A stretch of DNA of 64,000 nucleotides, from positions 30,090 through 94,089 of the forward strand of contig JBBIPP010000004.1 in assembly GCA_037442745.1 (NCBI GenBank), in the 5' to 3' direction. Source of the DNA: an archaeon. GTDB taxonomy: Archaea > SpSt-1190 > DYHY01. The notes beneath the pieces are model-generated. The model was not told where the DNA came from, did not search any database, and worked only from the letters and a program-made list of their open reading frames with translations. Below are positions 47,321 to 56,639 of the stretch, one piece after another; position 1 is the stretch's first letter; every line of letters starts with the position of its first letter. Made by a program: the position numbers and the translations under genes.

Positions 47321-50300
47321 TCAGTTCTGTCTATTCTGCTGGCCCCGGCCGAGTTTCGCGTAAAACACAATTGAATATGCGAATGCAAGGATTAATGCGA
47401 ATATCAACATCGGCACTTTCAGGCCAATTTTGATTTCTTTGAGGTCATTTTCGGACTCTTCGTTTTCAGGCAATCCGTCGGGCATATTCGGCCGGGAATT
47501 CAGGGAGATAACGGATATTGCAAAAGTTGAGAATCCCGGGCTCTCTGATGTGTAGAAAAAGTGCGTTCCGTTCGTCCCGGTAATTGTCGCATTCAATATG
47601 AACCAGCCTTTGGAACCTGTCGGATTCCTCAAAAGGACTACTTCGGAAGGGTGCGCTCCTATTGAGCGAAGCCAAGATTCTTCGACTGAGAACCTAAAAG
47701 TTGCTGAAAAAATTTCCTCCGGATTCGTGGAGTTGGCAATAAACCCGGAGTATATCTGGGCTTTTATGATTGACAAGTTCTCCTGTAAAGGCGCGATTTT
47801 GATTGTTGTCGGATTTTTCAAGTCCCTGAAAGAGAGAGAAACTGCTTGGAGAAACGGCGTTCCGGAAAGATTTGGGACGAGTTCAATTGGCTTTTTTGAT
47901 TCTGTTCCCCGGAAAATAAAAGTCTCGAAAACCCCGTTTTCCCTCCTTTCGCGGTTGGGGCTGTATTGCTCATTTACCCCGGGGTGTTTGGGCATTTTTT
48001 CGTGGTCGGAAATCGGAACGGATGTTGATATGAAAAACCTGCTTACGCTCGAAGAGCCTCTGTTGGAAGATACTGTTGTCGTTGTCGTTACCTGAATTGT
48101 CGATGTTGTTGTTGTCTGGACAGATGTTGTCGAGGTAGTCGGGCATCCGCAGTCGCTTGCGCAGTCGCATGCAAGTTCACCTGTCTCGCAGAATCCGTTC
48201 CCGCAAACAGGGCTTGTGGTGAAATTGAACTGGCAATATGCTGTGTTTGAAGCTCCGTATTTGACTGACAAATTGAGAGTGTGGTTTCCCGCAAGGGGCG
48301 CGGAAAAATTCAGGGAAAAATTCCCATCTGCCGACGAATTGGACTGGACTGTCCCGTTGAGCGTTCCGGGAGAAACTGACCAATTGACTTGCGCACTAAC
48401 CGGAACAGCGGTTCCGTTCAAATAGTCGAGGAGAGCCAAGCCTGAAACAAAAAAGTTTTCGGTTGAATTTGCGCTCACTGGCAGAGTAACGTTCTCAATT
48501 GTCGCATTCGCCCGTTCGAAAACCGAAAAATGTGCTGGAAGGACTGGGGAAATCGAATCCCCTTGCCAGAACTCTTGATGCTCGGTTATGCATCCTGTTT
48601 CCGGGCAGAAAGCGGAAAAATTTGAGCTGTTTGAGAAATATGCAGAGAAATTTGAAAGATTCAGGCTAGTGTTCAGAAAAACCGAAAAAACGGGAATGCT
48701 CCCGTTCAACTTCTCCGAAGATTCCGAGAAAATCACCCATTCAATTCCTGTCCAATTCGTTGAGGAGGCGTTCTGGGACAATATTGTTATGCTAACGTTT
48801 TCATCCCCTAGAAATGCGCTCTCAAAGGAAAATGTGGGCGGAAGGGCGAAGCCAGTCTTGTTCGCGAAGAAAGTCCCGACCCCCCTTCCAAAGGTCGCGT
48901 TTGTGGAAGCGGAAAGCGTCAGGTTGGAGGAATATGCCGGGAGAATTTGAAAAGTCGCGTTCTCCAGTACGGAAAATCCAAGATATGTGCAGTTCAAGGA
49001 GGCGTTCAGTTCCCCGGAAGAAGCGTTTGTCGCGTTCCATTGGAGGAATTCCAAGGAGACGTTTCCGCCTTCCAAGAAAGCAATGGAAGAATTGGAAAGA
49101 ATTGTGTCGCCGAGGACGTTTCCGGTGCACGAGGCTCCAGACAAATCAACGCCTGTCGGGCGAAGGACTGCGGAAAATGTCACGTTTTCATTCAGCCAGA
49201 CGGAGGAGTTTCCTGCCGAAAAAGATGCGATTTCGAACGGCTCAAAGCAGGAAAGTGAGAGGTTCTTTGATTCTGTCAGGTTCGCGAAATCTAGGCGCGC
49301 CGAAAAAATTTGCGTTCCGTTGATTGGGCACGATGCGCTGAACGAATGGCTTTCCGCTCCTTGGGCCGATGAAACAAGTCCTCCTGAAGAATTGAAAACC
49401 GAGAAATTTCCTGCGCCAAACAGGGAAGATAGGGAAAATGACCCGTTCTCCCAGATATTCCGTTCAAGAGCCTCGCCAGAAGTGGCATTAAGGATGCTCG
49501 AAGATGCCCTAATTGACAAGTTCCCGGAATTTCCGGACACGAACTTTACTGCCAAATAACCAGTTCCTGTAAAGTTCGGGAAATATGAGAATGATTCGTT
49601 CGAGCCAGTCTCGTTTGAAACTGACCGGTTTAGGATTGACGGCCTTCCGTATTGGTCGGGCGAGCCAGAATAGAGGAAAACGTCAGAATCGGTTCCTGAA
49701 GATCCTGCAAGGAAAAACATGGCAGTAGAATTTGCAACGAGCGAAACCTTTCGTGCGAAAACTTTCCTTCCTGCGTTCTCGTTCGAGAGGGAAAAGTTAG
49801 CGCCAGTCCCGTTCAACGTCAGATTGTAGAGAACTGATTCGAGGGCTCCGTCAATATTCATCCTGCCATAGCCCTCATAGTTGTCAGGTTCTCCCCTGTT
49901 GAGGACTGGGTTATAGAGACCGTTCTCCCGGAGCCGGTTGGTCTCGGTTGCAGTCATCAGGAGAAGCATTTTCACTTTAAGGGCCTGCTCTTCCGAATAG
50001 TTCCAAGGCTCGCCAACAGAGTCCATTGCCTGGACAATAAGTTGCACTGCCCCAGTAACATGGGGAGCGGCCATTGAGGTTCCGGCAAGCTCGTGGTAGT
50101 AGTTGTCCGCAAGCCCGGTGGAATTGGACATTGTCGAATTTATTTTCAATCCGTTGGCTATTGATCCCCCGGGAGCGAGAATGTCGACCTGCCTTGTCGA
50201 GTTCCCGAGGCTAGTGTAGCTGGTCAAGTTTCCGGTATCGCTCAATGCTCCGACTGCAATGCATTTTACTGCCTGAGCAGGGCTACTCATTCTCCATCCT

Positions 50301-51205
50301 AGTTCTCCACGGTTTCCGGCCGAACATATTGCGACAACTCCGGAAGAAACAAGGGCGTTTGTTGCGGAATCAATTGAGGAATCAATATATCCGTTCGAGT
50401 CGAATCCCAGGCTCATGCTTGCGGACGTTATATTGTAGATTTCCTTGTTTGCGCTAGTCCATGAAAGGGCGGAAACAATGTCCGAGATTAGGCCGGACCC
50501 GAGATAATCAAGTATTTTCAGCGCAATGAAACTCGAATTCGGCGCAACCCCAGCCATGCTGGAATTGACAACACCTGCCCCAGCAACAGTGCCCAAAACG
50601 TGCGTCCCGTGGCCAATAACATTGTTTGTTGCGTTGACATGGTCGTCATAGGGAATCTGGTTAGAATTAACGAAATCCTGCCAGGCGGAAAGTCTTGAAA
50701 GATTCAAGTCCGGGTGATTCCCATAGACGCCGGAATCGAGAACTGCCGAGCTCTTCCGGGCAAGCCCTTTCAGGGAATAGTTGTTCTCAGGAAGAATCCC
50801 GGCAACTTTCTTTGAGATGTCCATATGCGCTTCAACTCGAAGAGTCCCGTCTCCGATTGAAACAATCTTTTCTGCCGGGAAATTCGAGGAAACGAGGGAG
50901 TCGAGGGCGGGACCGGACGACCTGAATTCGACGAAAACGGAGCCCCGGGGATTTGTGAACTTGCTTATTCGTCCCCGTCTTCCGCCAAGTTTCTCTATTG
51001 CCAAAAGCTCGGTTTTTGTGAGGTTTTCCAGCTCTATTATTATTGGAATTTCCTCAAACGATGAGGAAACTGAGCCAGCTATTTTTGCTCCTTTGAGTTT
51101 TTGGGAAGATCCTGCCGAAAGAGAGGCATTTGTTCCGAAAAGAAGGATTCCAAGAACAAAAAGAGCGAGGAAAATTACAACTCCAGCCCTCTTGCCGAAA
51201 CCCAT
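47321..51205 (-). CDS. Membrane-anchored S8 subtilisin-like serine protease with Cys-rich motif, Thr linker and PGF-pre-PGF domain
   Basis: VLDSG, GHGTHV.G, SAGN, GTSMAAPHV catalytic set; CGNGFCE.GE..CDC..DC; SPGFSTFAI; C-terminal TM. Confidence 0.92.
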   Translation of the reverse strand: MGFGKRAGVVIFLALFVLGILLFGTNASLSAGSSQKLKGAKIAGSVSSSFEEIPIIIELENLTKTELLAIEKLGGRRGRISKFTNPRGSVFVEFRSSGPALDSLVSSNFPAEKIVSIGDGTLRVEAHMDISKKVAGILPENNYSLKGLARKSSAVLDSGVYGNHPDLNLSRLSAWQDFVNSNQIPYDDHVNATNNVIGHGTHVLGTVAGAGVVNSSMAGVAPNSSFIALKILDYLGSGLISDIVSALSWTSANKEIYNITSASMSLGFDSNGYIDSSIDSATNALVSSGVVAICSAGNRGELGWRMSSPAQAVKCIAVGALSDTGNLTSYTSLGNSTRQVDILAPGGSIANGLKINSTMSNSTGLADNYYHELAGTSMAAPHVTGAVQLIVQAMDSVGEPWNYSEEQALKVKMLLLMTATETNRLRENGLYNPVLNRGEPDNYEGYGRMNIDGALESVLYNLTLNGTGANFSLSNENAGRKVFARKVSLVANSTAMFFLAGSSGTDSDVFLYSGSPDQYGRPSILNRSVSNETGSNESFSYFPNFTGTGYLAVKFVSGNSGNLSIRASSSILNATSGEALERNIWENGSFSLSSLFGAGNFSVFNSSGGLVSSAQGAESHSFSASCPINGTQIFSARLDFANLTESKNLSLSCFEPFEIASFSAGNSSVWLNENVTFSAVLRPTGVDLSGASCTGNVLGDTILSNSSIAFLEGGNVSLEFLQWNATNASSGELNASLNCTYLGFSVLENATFQILPAYSSNLTLSASTNATFGRGVGTFFANKTGFALPPTFSFESAFLGDENVSITILSQNASSTNWTGIEWVIFSESSEKLNGSIPVFSVFLNTSLNLSNFSAYFSNSSNFSAFCPETGCITEHQEFWQGDSISPVLPAHFSVFERANATIENVTLPVSANSTENFFVSGLALLDYLNGTAVPVSAQVNWSVSPGTLNGTVQSNSSADGNFSLNFSAPLAGNHTLNLSVKYGASNTAYCQFNFTTSPVCGNGFCETGELACDCASDCGCPTTSTTSVQTTTTSTIQVTTTTTVSSNRGSSSVSRFFISTSVPISDHEKMPKHPGVNEQYSPNRERRENGVFETFIFRGTESKKPIELVPNLSGTPFLQAVSLSFRDLKNPTTIKIAPLQENLSIIKAQIYSGFIANSTNPEEIFSATFRFSVEESWLRSIGAHPSEVVLLRNPTGSKGWFILNATITGTNGTHFFYTSESPGFSTFAISVISLNSRPNMPDGLPENEESENDLKEIKIGLKVPMLIFALILAFAYSIVFYAKLGRGQQNRQN

Positions 51206-51268
51206 CTGGAAGAGGGCGAAAATTCACAAGTATAAAAAAGCTACTCTGGAGGCAGAAACTTGCAGTCC

Positions 51269-51487
51269 CTAGCGTTTTTTCTTCTTTGCCGCGACCTTTT
51301 TCTTTCTGGCAGGAGCCACCTTCTTTGCAGGGGCGCTCGCAGGAATTTTCTTCAGCAAATGGCCCTTCTCATGGAAGAACTTCATTACCGCCCTTCTTCT
51401 GGTAACGCTTCTCAAAAGATAGAATATTGCAAGAATCAAAACTGCCGCAGTAATCAGCGCAACCGTCTGGACATCCATTTCAGCCAT
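51269..51487 (-). CDS. Small single-TM protein with histone-H1-like K/A tail
   Basis: N-terminal TM; PAKKVAPARKKKVAAKKKKR; SD GGAAGG. Confidence 0.75.
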   Translation of the reverse strand: MAEMDVQTVALITAAVLILAIFYLLRSVTRRRAVMKFFHEKGHLLKKIPASAPAKKVAPARKKKVAAKKKKR

Positions 51488-51633
51488 TTTGTTTTTTCAT
51501 ACCTTCCTTCTTAACTGCTAATCAGTGTATTTCGCACCTTTTGATATAAATCCATTTCCCTGTTTTCCTGATTTTCCGCGCTTTTTCGGCGTTTTCCGGG
51601 TTTTCAGGCACCTTTGGCACCCACCTTCCGGGA

Positions 51634-52275
51634 CTATTTGGCACGGAGTTCAAGCTCAATTTTCCGGAGTCGTTTCATTACGGTCAGGACTTCGAGCTCA
51701 AACTCCTTCATCTGGGTGTTTGTGTCAAGGAGCATTGAAAAGAAGTTCTTCAGCTGATCCACAGGGAAGTCTATTCTTCCTACAACGGACTCTAGCGAGT
51801 TCATTTTTCCCTCAATTGCGCCAATCCTAGCATCAAGGGACTTTGTTGCTTCCGCTTGGCTTGCGCTGAATGCGACCAAATTACCGAGTTTTCGTTCAAG
51901 CTCCTTCAGCTGGCCAGCCAAAAGCCCTTGGGATTTCTCTTCAGCATAGGGATAGAGGTTTTTTCGGAGCTGGTCAACTTCCCGGAGCCCGGAATAAATT
52001 GCCTCAATTGTCGCAGTTTCCTTCTCTTCAACGGATTTCAGCTTTGCCCGAAGGCCCTCCAGTTCAGATAGCGTTTTTTGCCTTTTCTCTTCTTCCCTCC
52101 GTTCAAGAATTTCAATTGAAGATAGTATTGGTTCTTTTGAGAGCCGGTCGAGAGTCTCGTCAATTTTGGCGACTTTTATTTCAACTGATTCTTGGCTATT
52201 CCCGACAGCAGTCGCCCTGAACGGGGTATTTTCAAATTTTTCAACCTTTACTGAAACCATTTTGCCAACTGACAT
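51634..52275 (-). CDS. Coiled-coil protein
   Basis: 213 aa, heptad-rich E/K/L composition. Confidence 0.78.
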   Translation of the reverse strand: MSVGKMVSVKVEKFENTPFRATAVGNSQESVEIKVAKIDETLDRLSKEPILSSIEILERREEEKRQKTLSELEGLRAKLKSVEEKETATIEAIYSGLREVDQLRKNLYPYAEEKSQGLLAGQLKELERKLGNLVAFSASQAEATKSLDARIGAIEGKMNSLESVVGRIDFPVDQLKNFFSMLLDTNTQMKEFELEVLTVMKRLRKIELELRAK

Positions 52276-52291
52276 TCTTTTTCATTGGTTA

Positions 52292-52576
52292 TTAAATCTT
52301 GTTCCGGAAAAGTTCATTTTCTCCTGTTAACCAGTATGAAGAACGCCACTGCAAAGGCAACAATTGCTCAGCTTTCCGCAACGCAGATTCCCGGCCAGAA
52401 GCTGACAAAAAATGGCCTGCAGAGGAAACTTCGGACTCGACTTTAATCTCGGCCGATGCCACGTTCAGCGCGCACTGGTCGGAATTCACCCCTTCCCAGG
52501 CCAATATGCAGACAGGGGCGCAAAAATATGTGCTCGCGTCCTTGTAGCAGATATCTGTTCTGGGTTACGGGCTCAT
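52292..52576 (-). pseudogene. Possible remnant of a Cys-repeat exported protein
   Basis: MSP*PRTDICYKD...CAPVCI....DQCALNVA; early stop; D.CY...C..I pattern. Confidence 0.3.
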
Positions 52577-52650
52577 AGACGTTGACGACTCGCGCATATT
52601 TGCCGGGAATTTGGCCAAAAATATTTATAATAAGCAACGTTTGAAAATTT

Positions 52651-52797
52651 ATGATGCAAGACCCGGGAGCATTCGAAGCTGAACCGCAGGAAGGGCATCC
52701 GGCGCTTGACCGCTCAAGCGAGAATTTCCGGCATATTTTCTGGCTCGTCTTTTTCGGAATAATTCTAGCAATAATCGCGCTTGTTATTGTTTTCTAA
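52651..52797 (+). CDS. 48-aa tail-anchored membrane protein
   Basis: Below the track cutoff: MMQDPGAFE...HIFWLVFFGIILAIIALVIVF; TATA TTTATAA 52624-52630 fits a leaderless start. Confidence 0.55.
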   Translation: MMQDPGAFEAEPQEGHPALDRSSENFRHIFWLVFFGIILAIIALVIVF

Positions 52798-53623
52798 AGA
52801 AAGCAATGCTCGCATAGCCAACGTTGCCGTTTCCGGATTCCAAAACATCCCCGGAAACATGGTGTTTGAGCAGTTCTCCTCTGAAATCCCCGAATTCCGA
52901 TAAGGTCTGAAGAAGAAGGGCTGAGGGAAGGACGCCGCACATTGAAATGGTTTTTTCGGAGACGTTCTTCAGGAGTTTTTCGGGCGAGAGAGAAAGCGCA
53001 GAGTCTATTGCAAGAGAATCCTTCCATTCGGTTTCCGGCCTCTCCTCATAGTGGTTGAGGTCGGAACTGGCAATGAAAAGAGTTTTTTTCCGACCGACAG
53101 TTTCAGCCAGAATCCTTCCGGCACTCTCGATTGATTCGATTGCGGAAACTGAGACAGTTATCGGGAGTATTGAGAATTTCTCAAGCGCAGTCTGAAGAAA
53201 CGGCAACTGGACCTCTATCGAGTGTTCGCCAATGTGGGAAAGGGGCTCTTGCTTGAAAAGTCCGGAATCAGACAGGCGTTCTGCCAGTTGAATATTCAAG
53301 GGAACTTTTCCAAGGGGCGTTTCCCAAAACTCCCATGGGCCAATTGAAAAGGGTGCGCCTTTCCCAGTATGATTTGTTCCGAGAAGGACGATTGTGCGGA
53401 ACTTGTCCCTTGGCAGAATTGAATAGAAATTCGCCGCGCAAGCCCCTGAATAGAAATAGCCGGCATGGGGGACAATTCCCCCGATTACAGAGTCCGACTG
53501 CTCAAACCTGCCTCCCGGCCCGAATTTCCTGTCAGAAAAACAGCGCGAAATCTCCGTTTGCAGATTTTTTTTCGCGGAAGGATAGAATTTTCCGGAAAAC
53601 TGCGGAGCCCTTGTTCTTGCCAT
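52784..53623 (-). CDS. amrB: MEMO1-family protein (AmmeMemoRadiSam protein B); true start ATG 53623
   Basis: R.P..SG.FYP, VPHAGY.YSG, GTNHTG, WETPLG, EHSIEVQLPFLQ, ASSDLNHY, SMCG, VGYAS. Confidence 0.92.
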   Translation of the reverse strand: MARTRAPQFSGKFYPSAKKNLQTEISRCFSDRKFGPGGRFEQSDSVIGGIVPHAGYFYSGACAANFYSILPRDKFRTIVLLGTNHTGKGAPFSIGPWEFWETPLGKVPLNIQLAERLSDSGLFKQEPLSHIGEHSIEVQLPFLQTALEKFSILPITVSVSAIESIESAGRILAETVGRKKTLFIASSDLNHYEERPETEWKDSLAIDSALSLSPEKLLKNVSEKTISMCGVLPSALLLQTLSEFGDFRGELLKHHVSGDVLESGNGNVGYASIAFFRKQ

Positions 53624-53627
53624 CAGG

Positions 53628-54242
53628 TCACACCGCCCTGCCTTTTCCGGGGAATGCCCGTTTCGGCTTTTTCCTGACGCTTCCTTTGATTGTTCTGCGC
53701 CATTTGAGGAAGAAGACATAGCTCCCGAGTATCACAATTGACGCGAATATTGTCTCAAACGCAAACTCCTTCAAAACATATCCGAAAGTGGCGATGACAT
53801 ATGCCCGGGGGAACGTTCCAGCAAAAGTGAAGAAAACAAACCCCCAGAAAGGTACCTTTGAAATCCCTGAGGCAATTGAAAAAACCTTGAACGGGACTAT
53901 TGGCGTAAGTCTCCCGATGAAAACGCCGACCAGTCCGTGCTTTTTCGCAAAAGACTCCATTCTTTCAAGCCTCTCCTGAGTCAGGAAAACGTATTTTCCG
54001 AACCTGCTGAGTATTGGTCGGGCGCCATTCGCCCCGAGGAAATATCCGAACATTCCCCCGAGAGAGGAGCCAATTGAACAGTAGAATGCAATTTCCCAGT
54101 AAGACATCCCGAGCCTTCCGGAAAGGGCGCCGGCAATTATGAACACAATTTCTGAGGGAAGGGGAAGTATGCTCGATTCGAGGAACATTACAAGAATTAT
54201 CCCTATTGCGCCCCAAGCAATAATGAGGGATTCTATGTCCAT
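53628..54242 (-). CDS. DedA/VTT-family membrane protein
   Basis: MFLES..LP.PSE....AG, GS..G...GY..G, F.K.G...VFIGRL.P. Confidence 0.92.
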   Translation of the reverse strand: MDIESLIIAWGAIGIILVMFLESSILPLPSEIVFIIAGALSGRLGMSYWEIAFYCSIGSSLGGMFGYFLGANGARPILSRFGKYVFLTQERLERMESFAKKHGLVGVFIGRLTPIVPFKVFSIASGISKVPFWGFVFFTFAGTFPRAYVIATFGYVLKEFAFETIFASIVILGSYVFFLKWRRTIKGSVRKKPKRAFPGKGRAV

Positions 54243-54271
54243 TTCATTCGCTCTTATCCTGCGGTCTTTTA

Positions 54272-54829
54272 TTATCCTTGGCGTTTTTTCGAAAGAACAA
54301 GGCAGACTGCCTCGTCGTTTTCAGTCCGTTCAGAAATCCAGAGATTTGCTGCAGGGAATTCGGCATCGGACGGACAGGGGTTCAGCGGAATTTCTGAAAA
54401 GGGTTTTTTGAAAAAAGTCGCGACAATCCTGCCGCCTGGCAAAAGGACTCTTGAGAGTTCGGAGAGTATTTTTCCGGGATTTTCCGCAATTGAAAGAAGC
54501 CCCCGCTCGGCAACAACCAATGGGAAAGTCGAGTCATCGAACTTGAGCTTGTCATATTCGGCCCAGACAGGAATTACCCGGGTTGAAAGATTGTTTTCCC
54601 TGACCCTTTCCGAAGCAATTTTCGATTGCTCCTGAGAAATTTCCAGGGCAAGCGTCTTGAATCCCATTTTTCCTACAGCGCATGCGAATTTCGCGCTTCC
54701 TGACCCGAGAAAAAGGACAGGTTCAACCGACAAATTTTCCTTTATTGCCTTGCCAATAAGGACTGCTTCGGAAACCCATGGTTCTATTGACTCGTCAGGC
54801 AAAGTGTCAAGGAATTCCTGATAATTCAT
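54272..54829 (-). CDS. Class I SAM-dependent methyltransferase-like protein
   Basis: LFLGSGSA, ALEIS, LKFDDSTF, EL.RVL.PGG. Confidence 0.8.
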   Translation of the reverse strand: MNYQEFLDTLPDESIEPWVSEAVLIGKAIKENLSVEPVLFLGSGSAKFACAVGKMGFKTLALEISQEQSKIASERVRENNLSTRVIPVWAEYDKLKFDDSTFPLVVAERGLLSIAENPGKILSELSRVLLPGGRIVATFFKKPFSEIPLNPCPSDAEFPAANLWISERTENDEAVCLVLSKKRQG

Positions 54830-54943
54830 GTAAATTGTTATGCAATTCCTGTATATTTGCTTGCTTTAACGAATAGTTAACAATGCATAGAAGTGTTCAT
54901 TTTAGTTAATAAGTTATATAAACTACTATTTAATGGTTAATTA

Positions 54944-56200
54944 ATGCAGAGGGTGAAGGGAGCGTTTTTACTGGGGAGTTTGGCACTTCTCATTGGAATT
55001 ACTTCTGCCTGCGGAGCTTCAGTCCCTCAGAATCCTCCTCAAACGGTTGCCAGAATCCAGGGAAACGCGTCTTGCTGGCTCTCTGAAACCGCCCCGCCAG
55101 TTCCGGCAGGAAAGACTGAATTCTCATTCGGAGAGGGGATAGGGGCAATTAATATTTCCGGAGCCCCCGGGTTTCAAGTAAATCCGGGAGAAATTGTTTA
55201 TGGGACGGAAGCAGAATATGTAGGTTCTGACGGAACATCTTATTCAACAGTGGGCGTTTTTTCCAAATACGACCCGCAATCCAAAAAATATTGCCAGAAT
55301 TATCAGAATTATTTCATTGACCCGTTCAAACTGGAAGAACTTGATGCGAAAGGGCTTGTCGTTAGGGGCGTTCCTGCGACAGGGGCGAGCATCCCATCCA
55401 ATCAGTTAGAGAGCCAAACAAATCAAAGCGCGCAAACAGGGAATGAAAACAGCCTCGCTCAACTCCCACCGAAAATTCCTTATTATTACAATAGCTCCCT
55501 CAGAACTTCCTGGCAGCCAGTTACAATAAATTCCCCTTGGCTCTCGAGGCTTTCTCGCTTCAGCGAAATTCCCGGCGCCTTGAATTTCAACGGGAAAGGC
55601 GGGACATATGACGAATGGGAAGGAGCGTGCCATGTTGCCAGGACTCTTGCGAACATTGAGGAGTTCGAGAAGATTCTCGGGGAAAACTATTTCAACCAAG
55701 GAATCCCTGTTCCAGACAATCTTACAGATCCTGAAACCGGAAAAGTCTGCAAGCTTTTCAGCCCGCTTTCGCGCTATGGGAACGCAGAAATACTCAATTC
55801 CTATCTAGGTAACGACCGGGGAACGCTTGAAATTGAGATAGCGCGCTACAGAGAGGAGACTGGCATTGACTTGAGCGGGCTCCTCTCGGAAACCGGTTCG
55901 GGACTTGGCTTGGACGAGTATTATCGCCTCTCGGAGGCGAAGAACATCCCGGTTGTCCTCCTCCTGGCAATTGGGGAAACCGAGAATCGCAACAGGGGCG
56001 GAAACACGTTCCAATGCAGCCTTTCAACAAACCCAGTCGGAACGGAAAGTTTCGAATGCGCGCTTAACCATTTGTCTGGAGACATTTCGGCAATGTCTTC
56101 CAGATATGGGCCGAATTCATATGCAGAGGCAATTCTCGCATATAACAGGGGAAAAAGCGGGGCGCCGAAAATTATTGACGCCCTAAACACCCTTCCGTGA
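54944..56200 (+). CDS. Predicted lipoprotein with C-terminal lytic-transglycosylase (SLT)-like domain
   Basis: Signal with lipobox-like ITSAC; IPVVLLLAIGETE and RYG...AILAYNRG resemble the SLT motifs I and III. Confidence 0.65.
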   Translation: MQRVKGAFLLGSLALLIGITSACGASVPQNPPQTVARIQGNASCWLSETAPPVPAGKTEFSFGEGIGAINISGAPGFQVNPGEIVYGTEAEYVGSDGTSYSTVGVFSKYDPQSKKYCQNYQNYFIDPFKLEELDAKGLVVRGVPATGASIPSNQLESQTNQSAQTGNENSLAQLPPKIPYYYNSSLRTSWQPVTINSPWLSRLSRFSEIPGALNFNGKGGTYDEWEGACHVARTLANIEEFEKILGENYFNQGIPVPDNLTDPETGKVCKLFSPLSRYGNAEILNSYLGNDRGTLEIEIARYREETGIDLSGLLSETGSGLGLDEYYRLSEAKNIPVVLLLAIGETENRNRGGNTFQCSLSTNPVGTESFECALNHLSGDISAMSSRYGPNSYAEAILAYNRGKSGAPKIIDALNTLP

Positions 56201-56210
56201 ATGGAGGAAG

Positions 56211-56639
56211 CTAGTCTCCGAGCTTTTCTGCAACAAGGAAAAGAAACGACTTCTTCGGGCTCCCAAAAGTCCTTGAATAGCTTATTCCGGAGGTCTCCGA
56301 TATTTTCATTACGAACTGCCTTGTGACGAGAAATCCGTATTTTCCAAAGAACTCGTCAAATTGAGTTGGCTTTTCTCCGCCGGAAATGAGGAAAATGAAT
56401 TTTCCCTTACCGCGAAGAGCTTTCCCGTTCTTTCTCAAAAAGGCAAATTCGTGCGCGCGAGAGTAGTTCCAGGAAACAACATAATCGCAAGGAGCGGTCT
56501 TGCCCTCGAAAACCTCCTTTGCCATCCTTTTTTTCAGGAAATGGGGAACTTCTGATTCGGGCGTTCCCGAAAAAAAACAAATTTCTTTTCCCCTGAAATT
56601 CTGCTCCCGAAGGAGCTTTTCCGCCTCCTTTGAAAGCAT
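56211..56639 (-). CDS. Hypothetical protein (degenerate methyltransferase-like fold possible)
   Basis: Abuts the asnS stop (TAAATG); K.L...GKFIF. Confidence 0.6.
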   Translation of the reverse strand: MLSKEAEKLLREQNFRGKEICFFSGTPESEVPHFLKKRMAKEVFEGKTAPCDYVVSWNYSRAHEFAFLRKNGKALRGKGKFIFLISGGEKPTQFDEFFGKYGFLVTRQFVMKISETSGISYSRTFGSPKKSFLFLVAEKLGD

